From a virus (lineage: Duplodnaviria; Caudoviricetes): a stretch of DNA of 52,632 bases. The translations under genes and the position numbers were made by a program. Location: the IMG/VR virus record IMGVR_UViG_3300021091_004136, positions 1-52,632 of that record; one strand, written 5' to 3'. Of this stretch, positions 38,295 through 45,456 are shown one piece after another. Below the pieces are notes generated by a model. It was not told the DNA's origin, searched no databases, and was given only the letters and a program-made list of their open reading frames with translations. Within the stretch, counting starts at the first letter, position 1. Each line of letters starts with the position of its first letter.

Positions 38295-39521
38295 TTATTG
38301 ATTTATAATATTAGTTAGTTTTTTGGCAGTGGCAGCACTTAGAGTCCAACCTAAGTGTCCGTGTCCAGTGTGATAAAAAACTTTTTTATTAAACTTGCTC
38401 TGACTAATGATAGGTAACATATTAGGTGTCATAGGTCTAAGGCAAGCCCAGCTGTCATAGCGTTCTGTGTTGACCTTAGGTAAATTAGTATTGACCCAAT
38501 CAACCAATGGTTTAATTCTGTCTTCTCTTATTTCATAATCGTCGCCAGTAATTTCTGCTGTGCCTGCTATTCTCAACCTATCACCTAACTTAGTACAGAC
38601 TATTTTTTTATCCTGATCAAGAACACTAATATTTGGACTGTTAGCCATACCTACACTATCTAATGGTATAGTAATGCTGTATCCTTTAACAGGATAAACT
38701 GGGTGACAGTCTCCAACTTGTTTGCTTAGATGCCTAACTCCAGCGCCGTTGGCCAATACAATACAATCATAATCGTAAAGATCATCAACATCTTTAATTA
38801 GTTTGTTGAATTCATACTTTACACCATACTTACTCACTAACTTATTGAACAACTGATTACAAAATTTATGAATATCACCAGTCCAATCTGTATAACAAAC
38901 AGCAGCACCTGTTACACCTTGTATTTCAGCTACAGCAGGATTAGTCTCTTTTAAATCTTCAAATTTTCCTATATTTCTATTAAAGAACTTATACTCTTTA
39001 GAGTTGGCTAAAATAGTAAAATCGCAGCCATTCCATTCGTATAATTCTTGAGTTTTAAGGGCTGATTTAAACCAATCTTGATCTCTATATAGATGTAAAA
39101 TACCTGCACGTAATTGATCAAATTCTATTTGTTCTTCTAAAACTATTTCGTCATATAATTGCCTAGACTCCAACCCTAATCTTATTGTATAAGTAGTATT
39201 ACGTTCGTAACTGTTTGCGGCTGTATGGTAAAGAAATTTAAGCAGCCATTTAGCCTTATCTAGATCAAGACTAGGCCTGATCAATAAAGGGGCGTCCTTC
39301 TTGGCTAACCATTGCAGTCCTTTGAATACATTACGCCAGGTTGTCCAAACTTCGCTATTACTTACACTGATCTGTCCTGCATTGGCATAACTACACTGTT
39401 CAGCAGGACCTGATTCAGAATCAAATATGGTTACAGCATGACCAGATTTTGTCAGATAATAGGCACTAGTAATGCCAGCTATACCGGCTCCTACGACACA
39501 AATATTCATATTTAGTTCCAC
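38295..39521 (-). CDS. dadA: D-amino acid dehydrogenase-like FAD oxidoreductase
   Basis: VVGAGIAGITSAYYL, SYANAGQIS, YPVKGYSIT, RLRIAGTAE, WACLRPMTP and TGHGHLGWTLS motifs. Confidence 0.9.
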   Translation of the reverse strand: MELNMNICVVGAGIAGITSAYYLTKSGHAVTIFDSESGPAEQCSYANAGQISVSNSEVWTTWRNVFKGLQWLAKKDAPLLIRPSLDLDKAKWLLKFLYHTAANSYERNTTYTIRLGLESRQLYDEIVLEEQIEFDQLRAGILHLYRDQDWFKSALKTQELYEWNGCDFTILANSKEYKFFNRNIGKFEDLKETNPAVAEIQGVTGAAVCYTDWTGDIHKFCNQLFNKLVSKYGVKYEFNKLIKDVDDLYDYDCIVLANGAGVRHLSKQVGDCHPVYPVKGYSITIPLDSVGMANSPNISVLDQDKKIVCTKLGDRLRIAGTAEITGDDYEIREDRIKPLVDWVNTNLPKVNTERYDSWACLRPMTPNMLPIISQSKFNKKVFYHTGHGHLGWTLSAATAKKLTNIINQ

Positions 39522-39686
39522 CTAGGCAACAATATTATACTCTTCTCTAAGAATTTTTTTATAAGGTTTTCCTTCCGATATTAGACGTATAACTAGTTTT
39601 AGCCGATTTGCAATTTCTATGTTGTTGGATTTTTCTAATGCTGTTATAATGATCTGTAATTCATCCGTATTAATTGGTAAATCCAC
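39522..39686 (-). CDS. Hypothetical protein, 54 aa (not in ORF track)
   Basis: GTG start with AAGGA RBS: MDLPINTDELQIIITALEK...EEYNIVA*; abuts dadA. Confidence 0.65.
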   Translation of the reverse strand: MDLPINTDELQIIITALEKSNNIEIANRLKLVIRLISEGKPYKKILREEYNIVA

Positions 39687-39707
39687 TTTAAATCCTTACT
39701 CTATTTT

Positions 39708-39783
<76 letters not shown>

Positions 39784-39876
39784 TCTGTTATAATATTTAC
39801 CTTGATAAAGTCATATTTGTCTATTGACCATTTTAGCAGTACTTTAGGGTTAGTTAGCTGTATATACTCTAAACTA

Positions 39877-40071
39877 TTAGTCTTCTTCTTCTTCGGTTTC
39901 TTCACTTTTGTCTGCATATTCGCTCAATACCACAAGACTAACGCCAGTGTGATTAGATAATTCTTCAACTAAAGATCCAATTTTTTGCAAAAGATCAACG
40001 TGATCATAGTAGTCTTCGTCATCGCACTCAAAACTAACACTTAATCCAGCATGTTTAAAATTTAGTTCCAT
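39877..40071 (-). CDS. Acidic hypothetical protein
   Basis: 64-aa ORF with AAGGA RBS. Confidence 0.65.
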   Translation of the reverse strand: MELNFKHAGLSVSFECDDEDYYDHVDLLQKIGSLVEELSNHTGVSLVVLSEYADKSEETEEEED

Positions 40072-40154
40072 TATGTTCCTTTGTTAATTAGTAAATTAGA
40101 TAAATTTAAGTCTACATGCTTAAATACATATTTTTTATACAGCTATTGTTTGTT

Positions 40155-40495
40155 GTAATGACGGTTGTTGGCTAATAAGGTCAACCGTCAAAACCCCAGC
40201 CTAGCTTATGCAGCTAAGGCAAATACCTCATCGTTGGCATTTATTTGATTTGCTTCTTTTACGGAGATCGCCTACCGAGTTGTCCACTGCAATACTATTT
40301 ACTCCGTCGAATCTAAATCGAGCCCATCAAAAGTACACTAACGTATAAGTTTGCAACCTTATACTAACCCGCGGAAGCTGTACCGGTATAAGTCCGCATA
40401 TATGTATTAAGTGGCAGTGTACTTTTGGTGGACCCGGCGAGGAACTGCCCCCCGCGTCCGCAGTACGTTTCTATTAGTTTCATACAACTATAACT
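40155..40495 (-). ncRNA. ssrA: Circularly permuted (two-piece) tmRNA: acceptor piece ~40495-40426, intervening segment 40425-40326, coding piece 40325-~40155; tag ANDEVFALAA
   Basis: The 3' end ...GGAC-T arm-CGGGUCC-A-CCA lies upstream of the 5' end GGGCUCG-AUUUAGAUUCGAC. The acceptor stem has G3:U70 and A73. Resume context AAAUAAAU|GCC precedes the tag ORF at 40238-40206. Confidence 0.92.
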
Positions 40496-40570
40496 TGGTG
40501 CTGAATATCAGATTCGAACGGATGACCTACCGCTTACAAGGCGGTTGCTCTACCACTGAGCTAATTCAGC
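40496..40570 (-). tRNA. tRNA-Thr (TGT)
   Basis: Cloverleaf with anticodon loop CTTGTAA and encoded CCA. Confidence 0.95.
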
Positions 40571-40577
40571 CATGATA

Positions 40578-40796
40578 TTAACTACTGATCTTTTGATGTT
40601 GGCAAAGTTCTTCAAAACAATCCCACAATTTATTAAATTTTACCTCATAAATGGTTTCTAAGCCAAGTAGATAATTTGCAATCTGGTCTTTGGTTGGATT
40701 ACCCTCTAAGACTAACTCTTGTAAGTGTTTAATCTCGGTAGTAATTTCCCAGTTTTTAAGAATTAGTTGTTCTAAGTCAAATCTAGTATATTTCAT
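40578..40796 (-). CDS. Conserved phage hypothetical protein
   Basis: RFDLEQ.I...W.....I...ANYLLGL..IYEVKF.KLW..FE. Confidence 0.7.
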   Translation of the reverse strand: MKYTRFDLEQLILKNWEITTEIKHLQELVLEGNPTKDQIANYLLGLETIYEVKFNKLWDCFEELCQHQKISS

Positions 40797-40812
40797 TTTA
40801 TATAAATTAATT

Positions 40813-41004
40813 TTAGTGTGGGGCTTCCATTTGGTCTAGTAAGTAGCTATAAACACGGTTACGACCACTACTACTATGCCAAAGATCATCTGGTGTCTCC
40901 ATATCAAATGCACGGTTAGGGCTGTTCCACCATCTAACAATAGCATCATCACTGCCTAATAGTGCTTTTAATATATTATTTGCTTTTTCTTCTACTGTTG
41001 TCAT
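40813..41004 (-). CDS. Xre/MbcA/ParS antitoxin C-terminal domain-like protein (DUF2384)
   Basis: LG....VRWW.SPN.AF...TP..L.....G...V..YL pattern; AAGGA RBS. Confidence 0.65.
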   Translation of the reverse strand: MTTVEEKANNILKALLGSDDAIVRWWNSPNRAFDMETPDDLWHSSSGRNRVYSYLLDQMEAPH

Positions 41005-41013
41005 ATATTTCCT

Positions 41014-41098
41014 TGGTAGGGAAGACCGGAGTCGAACCGGTACGCTTTTCAGCGACAGATTTTAAGTCTGTTGTGTCTACCTGTTTCACCACATCCCC
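41014..41098 (-). tRNA. tRNA-Leu (TAA)
   Basis: Long variable arm, anticodon loop CTTAAAA and encoded CCA. Confidence 0.94.
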
Positions 41099-41101
41099 AA
41101 A

Positions 41102-41317
41102 TTAAACTTCAATAGTTCCACGATTGTGTATAATGTATATCCGATTATAGCTGCTGCGTAAATATTCAATATCACGAATACTGCAATATGGTCCAAATTC
41201 AATACGAAAGTCTTTACCCGCCTGCCAATCTTGAATAATTTCTTCACGGGTTTGCATCCACTTTCGCCAGGGGGCTGGTTTTAAGTATAGGTTATCAAGT
41301 AGTTGTTCTACAGCCAT
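41102..41317 (-). CDS. Hypothetical protein
   Basis: Start moved to MAVEQ (AAGGA RBS), downstream of the promoter; DWQAGKDF....GPYCSIRD. Confidence 0.7.
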   Translation of the reverse strand: MAVEQLLDNLYLKPAPWRKWMQTREEIIQDWQAGKDFRIEFGPYCSIRDIEYLRSSYNRIYIIHNRGTIEV

Positions 41318-41344
41318 TTGCTTTCCTTTACCAAGTAAACTAAT

Positions 41345-41373
41345 ATTATACACTATAAAGGAAAATAAATCAA
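41345..41373 (-). promoter_or_regulatory. sigma70-type promoter likely driving the tRNA-Leu/Thr/tmRNA transcript
   Basis: TTGATT-17 bp-TATAAT. Confidence 0.7.
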
Positions 41374-41424
41374 CTGTAAAAAAATAGATGCAAAATTTAT
41401 ATAAATTTTGCATCTATGATGAAA

Positions 41425-41649
41425 TTATTTGCTGTTTACAAAACCGTATAATTTTTTAGCTTGTTCAATAACATCTTCAAATGTGTACATCTTTGGAACA
41501 TACTCTTGATACTTTTGCATTACATCTTGACCATTTTTAGCCATTTCTTCAAATGCTCGTCTGGTAAATTCAGTGTTAACTTCAAATTGTTTATCTAAGT
41601 AGTCTTTGCTCATTTTAAGTAGTTGAGCACGAATTTCAAAGGGATTCAT
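41425..41649 (-). CDS. Conserved hypothetical protein
   Basis: NPFEIR..LLKM.KDYL...P.M.....VIE.AKKLY.FV. Confidence 0.7.
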   Translation of the reverse strand: MNPFEIRAQLLKMSKDYLDKQFEVNTEFTRRAFEEMAKNGQDVMQKYQEYVPKMYTFEDVIEQAKKLYGFVNSK

Positions 41650-41661
41650 TTATTTTCCGTG

Positions 41662-41763
41662 TTATGTGTTTATTATTTTAAGTGCTTTTTGCCAATTACC
41701 GATACGACTTAAATAAGATGCTGATAATATTTGACAAATAGTTTTATAAAACTCTTTTATCAT
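41662..41763 (-). CDS. Small hypothetical protein, 33 aa (not in ORF track)
   Basis: MIKEFYKTICQILSASYLSRIGNWQKALKIINT*; fills the gap between two genes. Confidence 0.5.
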   Translation of the reverse strand: MIKEFYKTICQILSASYLSRIGNWQKALKIINT

Positions 41764-41764
41764 A

Positions 41765-42058
41765 TTACCATTCCTTTTGTAGTCGATTACTATTTTTTAC
41801 TTGAGCGTCCCATACAGCCTTGAACCAATTAACATCAAATGGATTTAAAAATTTTTCTAGTTTATAGTCTAATATTTCTCTGGCAAATTTTAATACCACA
41901 TTTGACGTGGTATCTACGGCACTATGTAAAAATTTAGTTTGAGCTTCAATATAAATAAGCATATTGTTTTTAGTATCAGTATCTGTAACGTATTTAGTTA
42001 CAAACTGTTTTTTGGCATTTTGAATACTGTCAATTATAACTGTTGACTCTTTAATCAT
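41765..42058 (-). CDS. Hypothetical helical protein
   Basis: AGGAG RBS; IDSIQNAKKQFV...YIEAQTKF. Confidence 0.7.
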   Translation of the reverse strand: MIKESTVIIDSIQNAKKQFVTKYVTDTDTKNNMLIYIEAQTKFLHSAVDTTSNVVLKFAREILDYKLEKFLNPFDVNWFKAVWDAQVKNSNRLQKEW

Positions 42059-42101
42059 AATTTATACTCCTGTGTGTGTTGTACGCCAATTGGCTGTTAG
42101 T

Positions 42102-42290
42102 TTATACTACATCTTTCCTGGCTTTTTCTTGCCTGGTTTTTTCATTGGCTTGTATCCCATTCCCATTTTTCATATCCTCCTTAGCATAAATAGCTCGTTC
42201 AGCGGCTTCACAAGCACCTAGTGTGTCAAACTGGCAATTACCGCGTTTGCCGTATTTATATTTACCATTGCTACATTTATAACATGGCAT
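42102..42290 (-). CDS. Small Cys-containing hypothetical protein
   Basis: MPCYKCSNGKYKYG...C......C; coupled to the upstream gene. Confidence 0.6.
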   Translation of the reverse strand: MPCYKCSNGKYKYGKRGNCQFDTLGACEAAERAIYAKEDMKNGNGIQANEKTRQEKARKDVV

Positions 42291-42604
42291 TATAATGCTT
42301 CTATTTTTGTTAACGTACTTACCTTATGCCCTACAATTGTGTCTGTAGGTTTATACTTGCCACTATCATCTGGTCTATAAACACGAATTAGTGCACCTGG
42401 ATCTTCCTTAGTACCAGTAATCTTAAAGCTACTTCCTGGTACGTCAGCACTACCACTAGTAATTATTCTTGTGACTTTACCGCGTGCTGTACCACCACTT
42501 GAATTCCAGCTAACACTATCACCTCGTTTTACACTACCGGCCTTAGCTTTACTTAGTGCGCCTAGTATGCCATTATAAAACTCTAGCTCATATAATTTAT
42601 CCAT
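42290..42604 (-). CDS. DUF2945/HVA1-like (Tudor/SH3-like) domain protein
   Basis: GD.VSWNSSGG.ARGKV...GT.EDP...VGHK.STL.K. Confidence 0.6.
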   Translation of the reverse strand: MDKLYELEFYNGILGALSKAKAGSVKRGDSVSWNSSGGTARGKVTRIITSGSADVPGSSFKITGTKEDPGALIRVYRPDDSGKYKPTDTIVGHKVSTLTKIEAL

Positions 42605-42614
42605 ATTGATTCCT

Positions 42615-42805
42615 TTATATTGTGGTGTTTTTTGTTTACTGCCTGGGCCGCTAAGCCCGTGCCCTAAACTTACACAACTTCATGACGGTTTGCTATACTT
42701 TAGGGTCAGACACGACTGTTAATTACTATTCCGGTCTTCACCAACAGTGGACTCTGCAAGGAGCCGATATTGTTTCGACTACGAGCAAAAAACACCACAA
42801 TATAA
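42615..42805 (-). ncRNA. Candidate structured non-coding RNA, family unassigned
   Basis: A perfect 20-bp terminal inverted repeat encloses at least four internal stems; no ORF in the track. Confidence 0.65.
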
Positions 42806-42826
42806 TTTATTTCTAAATTATATTTA

Positions 42827-43840
42827 CTACTGTATATAATCTTTTACAAATTTACTACTAGCAAGATTCTTTTGCTTGCTTTCACACATAATATCGGCCC
42901 ACTCATTATGACTAGCTGCCCACTCATTTACTCTGCGGTTCCAGTAGTAATCACTATGTGCTCGCAGTTTAGCTGATGTAAAACCCATGCCTGTAAGTAG
43001 TTTATAGTCGGGCAGTTCATCTGTGGCGTGTTCAACAAGCACATCTTCTCGGGATACTGAATAGTGTATAACAGGTCTAATACCTCGCCACGAATCTGTA
43101 ACCATTCTGATTCGTTCATCGTTTGGCTCAATATATTCTCCCTTACTATGTATCCAGTGATGATGTATGTCTAAGACAAGCGCACAGTGTTCTACCAACT
43201 CTAAGCTATGCTCTAGTCCCCACGTATATTCGGCATTTTCTATTGTTAATATATTACGCGCTTCAGGACTTAATTTTCTAATTGCTGCAATAATCCCTTG
43301 TGGACCGCGTTTGCCTCCAATATGAACATTGCATTTAAAATCTTGAAATTTCCTACCATAGCCCATATAGCGGGCGACGTCAGTATGATACTCGAACTCA
43401 GTAATACTATTATCAACAATTCCATCATTTTCACTCGCTAGTACACAAAATTGTCCTGGGTGGAATGATAGGCGTATGTCTTTACCACGAGCAATATCGC
43501 CTACTTTGCTAAGGTGTTTTTCTAAGTAGTTTACTACATCATTTTGAAAGTAGAACCACATCCAATCTTCGTGTGTATACGCTGGAAATAAATCACTACT
43601 AATTCTGAACTGACGCTGATCTCTAGGCAGGTTACCCACCCACTCTACCTGTCGCTTTAGTACATCACAGTTATGTTGTATAATAGTCCAAATCTTTTCT
43701 ACTGCTCTATCACGAGTTTGATTATTAAGCCATGTTAATGTTGTTGTAGTTGTATTTAATTTTTTGTCGGCTTTATCATGATCAGTTTGTATTTTGCAAG
43801 CAAAACCTACTCTATGTTGTGTTATATCAAAAGTATGCAT
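42827..43840 (-). CDS. uvsE: UV damage endonuclease (UVDE)
   Basis: GFAC, FRISSDLFP, RLSFHPGQF.VL.S, NVHIGG, LTIEN, VLDIHHH, HYS, RAHSDY and DIMCESK.K motifs. Confidence 0.93.
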   Translation of the reverse strand: MHTFDITQHRVGFACKIQTDHDKADKKLNTTTTTLTWLNNQTRDRAVEKIWTIIQHNCDVLKRQVEWVGNLPRDQRQFRISSDLFPAYTHEDWMWFYFQNDVVNYLEKHLSKVGDIARGKDIRLSFHPGQFCVLASENDGIVDNSITEFEYHTDVARYMGYGRKFQDFKCNVHIGGKRGPQGIIAAIRKLSPEARNILTIENAEYTWGLEHSLELVEHCALVLDIHHHWIHSKGEYIEPNDERIRMVTDSWRGIRPVIHYSVSREDVLVEHATDELPDYKLLTGMGFTSAKLRAHSDYYWNRRVNEWAASHNEWADIMCESKQKNLASSKFVKDYIQ

Positions 43841-44026
43841 TTATTCTTCTGCTAACCATTTATTAATTGGACAGTGTACATTTTTAATTCTTGTTTTAAT
43901 AGGCATTACACAGTAGCACTGAGTACAAATAAACATTTTATAGTGCTCACAACTTCTACAAATTTTTATTCTACTAAGTGCATAGTGCTCTAATTCTTCA
44001 TCTTTGACAAAGTCTTTTTCTTCCAT
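43841..44026 (-). CDS. Small Cys-rich (DUF6171-like) protein
   Basis: Start MEEKDF (AAGGAG RBS); R..IC..C.....C..C.C....K.......CP..KW. Confidence 0.7.
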   Translation of the reverse strand: MEEKDFVKDEELEHYALSRIKICRSCEHYKMFICTQCYCVMPIKTRIKNVHCPINKWLAEE

Positions 44027-44035
44027 ACTGCTCCT

Positions 44036-44119
44036 TGGTGCCCTAGGAGAGACTCGAACTCCCACACCTTACGGTACTTGCTCCTAAAGCAAGCGTGGCT
44101 ACCATTTCACCACCAGGGC
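44036..44119 (-). tRNA. tRNA-Leu (TAG)
   Basis: Anticodon arm CTTGC-TTTAGGA-GCAAG, long variable arm and encoded CCA. Confidence 0.92.
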
Positions 44120-44124
44120 CATAA

Positions 44125-44316
44125 CTAGTTTGAGTTTATATTCACAATTGTTTCTTGTTCGATCATTTTTATTATATCTTTAGTTAGCTTATACTCACGC
44201 TCTATCCATATTAACTTCTCAGTGATAATTTCAAGTTGTTCGCGATAGTAGGCTAACTCTTTTTCTTTTTGTTCTTTTATAGCATATACATCTTGTAACA
44301 ATACTATTTTAGTCAT
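44125..44316 (-). CDS. Hypothetical coiled-coil protein
   Basis: 63-aa ORF coupled to the upstream gene. Confidence 0.65.
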   Translation of the reverse strand: MTKIVLLQDVYAIKEQKEKELAYYREQLEIITEKLIWIEREYKLTKDIIKMIEQETIVNINSN

Positions 44317-44516
44317 TATTTAATGTCTGCTTTATAATTACGAATATATTCTGCATCTAAGCTTGAATAATCGCGAAATTTATCTTTGCCATATGTGTCA
44401 TATGTTTTATTAGCAATACGTTCAAGATCTAGTAATTGTTCAATACTAATACTAGGTATTTTAGTAAATCTCCACAAGTACGCATCAATTAAAAATTCTC
44501 TTGTATAACCTGCCAT
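44316..44516 (-). CDS. Hypothetical protein
   Basis: AGGAG RBS downstream of the promoter. Confidence 0.7.
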   Translation of the reverse strand: MAGYTREFLIDAYLWRFTKIPSISIEQLLDLERIANKTYDTYGKDKFRDYSSLDAEYIRNYKADIK

Positions 44517-44541
44517 GTTAAACTCCTAGAAATGATTTTTT

Positions 44542-44570
44542 ATTATATCATAACTAGTATATTTAATCAA
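44542..44570 (-). promoter_or_regulatory. sigma70-type promoter
   Basis: TTGATT-17 bp-TATAAT. Confidence 0.7.
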
Positions 44571-44578
44571 GTATATAA

Positions 44579-44794
44579 TTATAAGCCAATTAACTTAGCA
44601 CAATAATTGCATATAGGATTATCATCTAAGTCAGGTATTAACTTAGTTGTCCAAATGTCACAATGTGTACACTGATTTATATGCTTAGTTAATTCAACAA
44701 TATCTAAACTGCTCATATCTATGTCCAGTTCTTTACATACCATATAGAGTGATTTATGTGTATTGTTTAGATTGTTCTTTAATTTCGTGTACAT
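44579..44794 (-). CDS. Small zinc-finger protein
   Basis: CTHC...W...CNYC. Confidence 0.6.
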   Translation of the reverse strand: MYTKLKNNLNNTHKSLYMVCKELDIDMSSLDIVELTKHINQCTHCDIWTTKLIPDLDDNPICNYCAKLIGL

Positions 44795-45425
44795 CTACTT
44801 TATAACGATCATCCAAGTTTGGATGTGTTTTCTCAAATTCTAGTAAGAACATAATGCAACAGGCTGCATGTGCCAGATGTGATAAGCCAGATTCTGGATC
44901 TTTATCTTCACCATCGTTATAGGCCATAATATGTCGCATTGCCGCAGCTAGTGGTCGTGACCAGGCAAAACCATTTCGCCAATTGTGCGCATGATATTTA
45001 TTAGCACCAAATTTTAGCACTGCTGCTATTTGCAACATTGCTTCTGTACTCAATAAATTAACAGGTAGCTTGTCCGTATCAAATTTCATTCCATTACCAC
45101 CCGTACTACCGCCAGCGGTAGTCACCGTATTAGTAACGGTAATTTTATTCCAGTCAAAAGGAATATTTTGTGGACTAGGATCAGTATTTAAATTAATAGT
45201 AGGCCGCGCACCCCAGCCATCTAATTTAATTACATCATCTAAAAATAGTGGTTTGATGCTATCAAATGTATTACTACTAAATACCGCACCTTCATAGCCT
45301 GGATGGTATGGCGCCTCTTCAACTAATTTTTTAGCTTCTGGGGTGTTTGCAGGGACTATGGTGGTATTTGTATTAAAAAATAAATCTAACTCTTTTTGTT
45401 CAATAAATTCTTCGTGTTTGGGCAT
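44754..45425 (-). CDS. DUF5664 (dATP/dGTP diphosphohydrolase N-terminal-like) domain protein with N-terminal extension
   Basis: G.KFD..K....LL, VL.FGA.KY..HNW..G, AAMRH and D.ESGL.HLAHA.C motifs. Confidence 0.85.
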   Translation of the reverse strand: MPKHEEFIEQKELDLFFNTNTTIVPANTPEAKKLVEEAPYHPGYEGAVFSSNTFDSIKPLFLDDVIKLDGWGARPTINLNTDPSPQNIPFDWNKITVTNTVTTAGGSTGGNGMKFDTDKLPVNLLSTEAMLQIAAVLKFGANKYHAHNWRNGFAWSRPLAAAMRHIMAYNDGEDKDPESGLSHLAHAACCIMFLLEFEKTHPNLDDRYKVDVHEIKEQSKQYT

Positions 45426-45431
45426 AATAGT

Positions 45432-45453
45432 AAAAAGGGGGCACTAGCCCCCT
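45432..45453 (-). terminator. Intrinsic terminator after hsp20
   Basis: AGGGGGC-TAGT-GCCCCCT-TTTT on the - strand. Confidence 0.8.
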
Positions 45454-45456
45454 AGA

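Noticed and set aside
42615-42805. 6S RNA, RNase P RNA or hammerhead ribozyme
   Set aside because: Only short resemblances exist (GAGCCGATATT on +; GAGUCC/GGGCUU and CGAAAC on -). The fold is multibranched rather than a 6S rod, and the GAGGAAAGUCC and CUGANGA cores are absent.
44027-44065. N-terminal extension MGVRVSPRAPRSS of the 43841 ORF
   Set aside because: It overlaps tRNA-Leu(TAG); the ATG at 44026 has a proper RBS.
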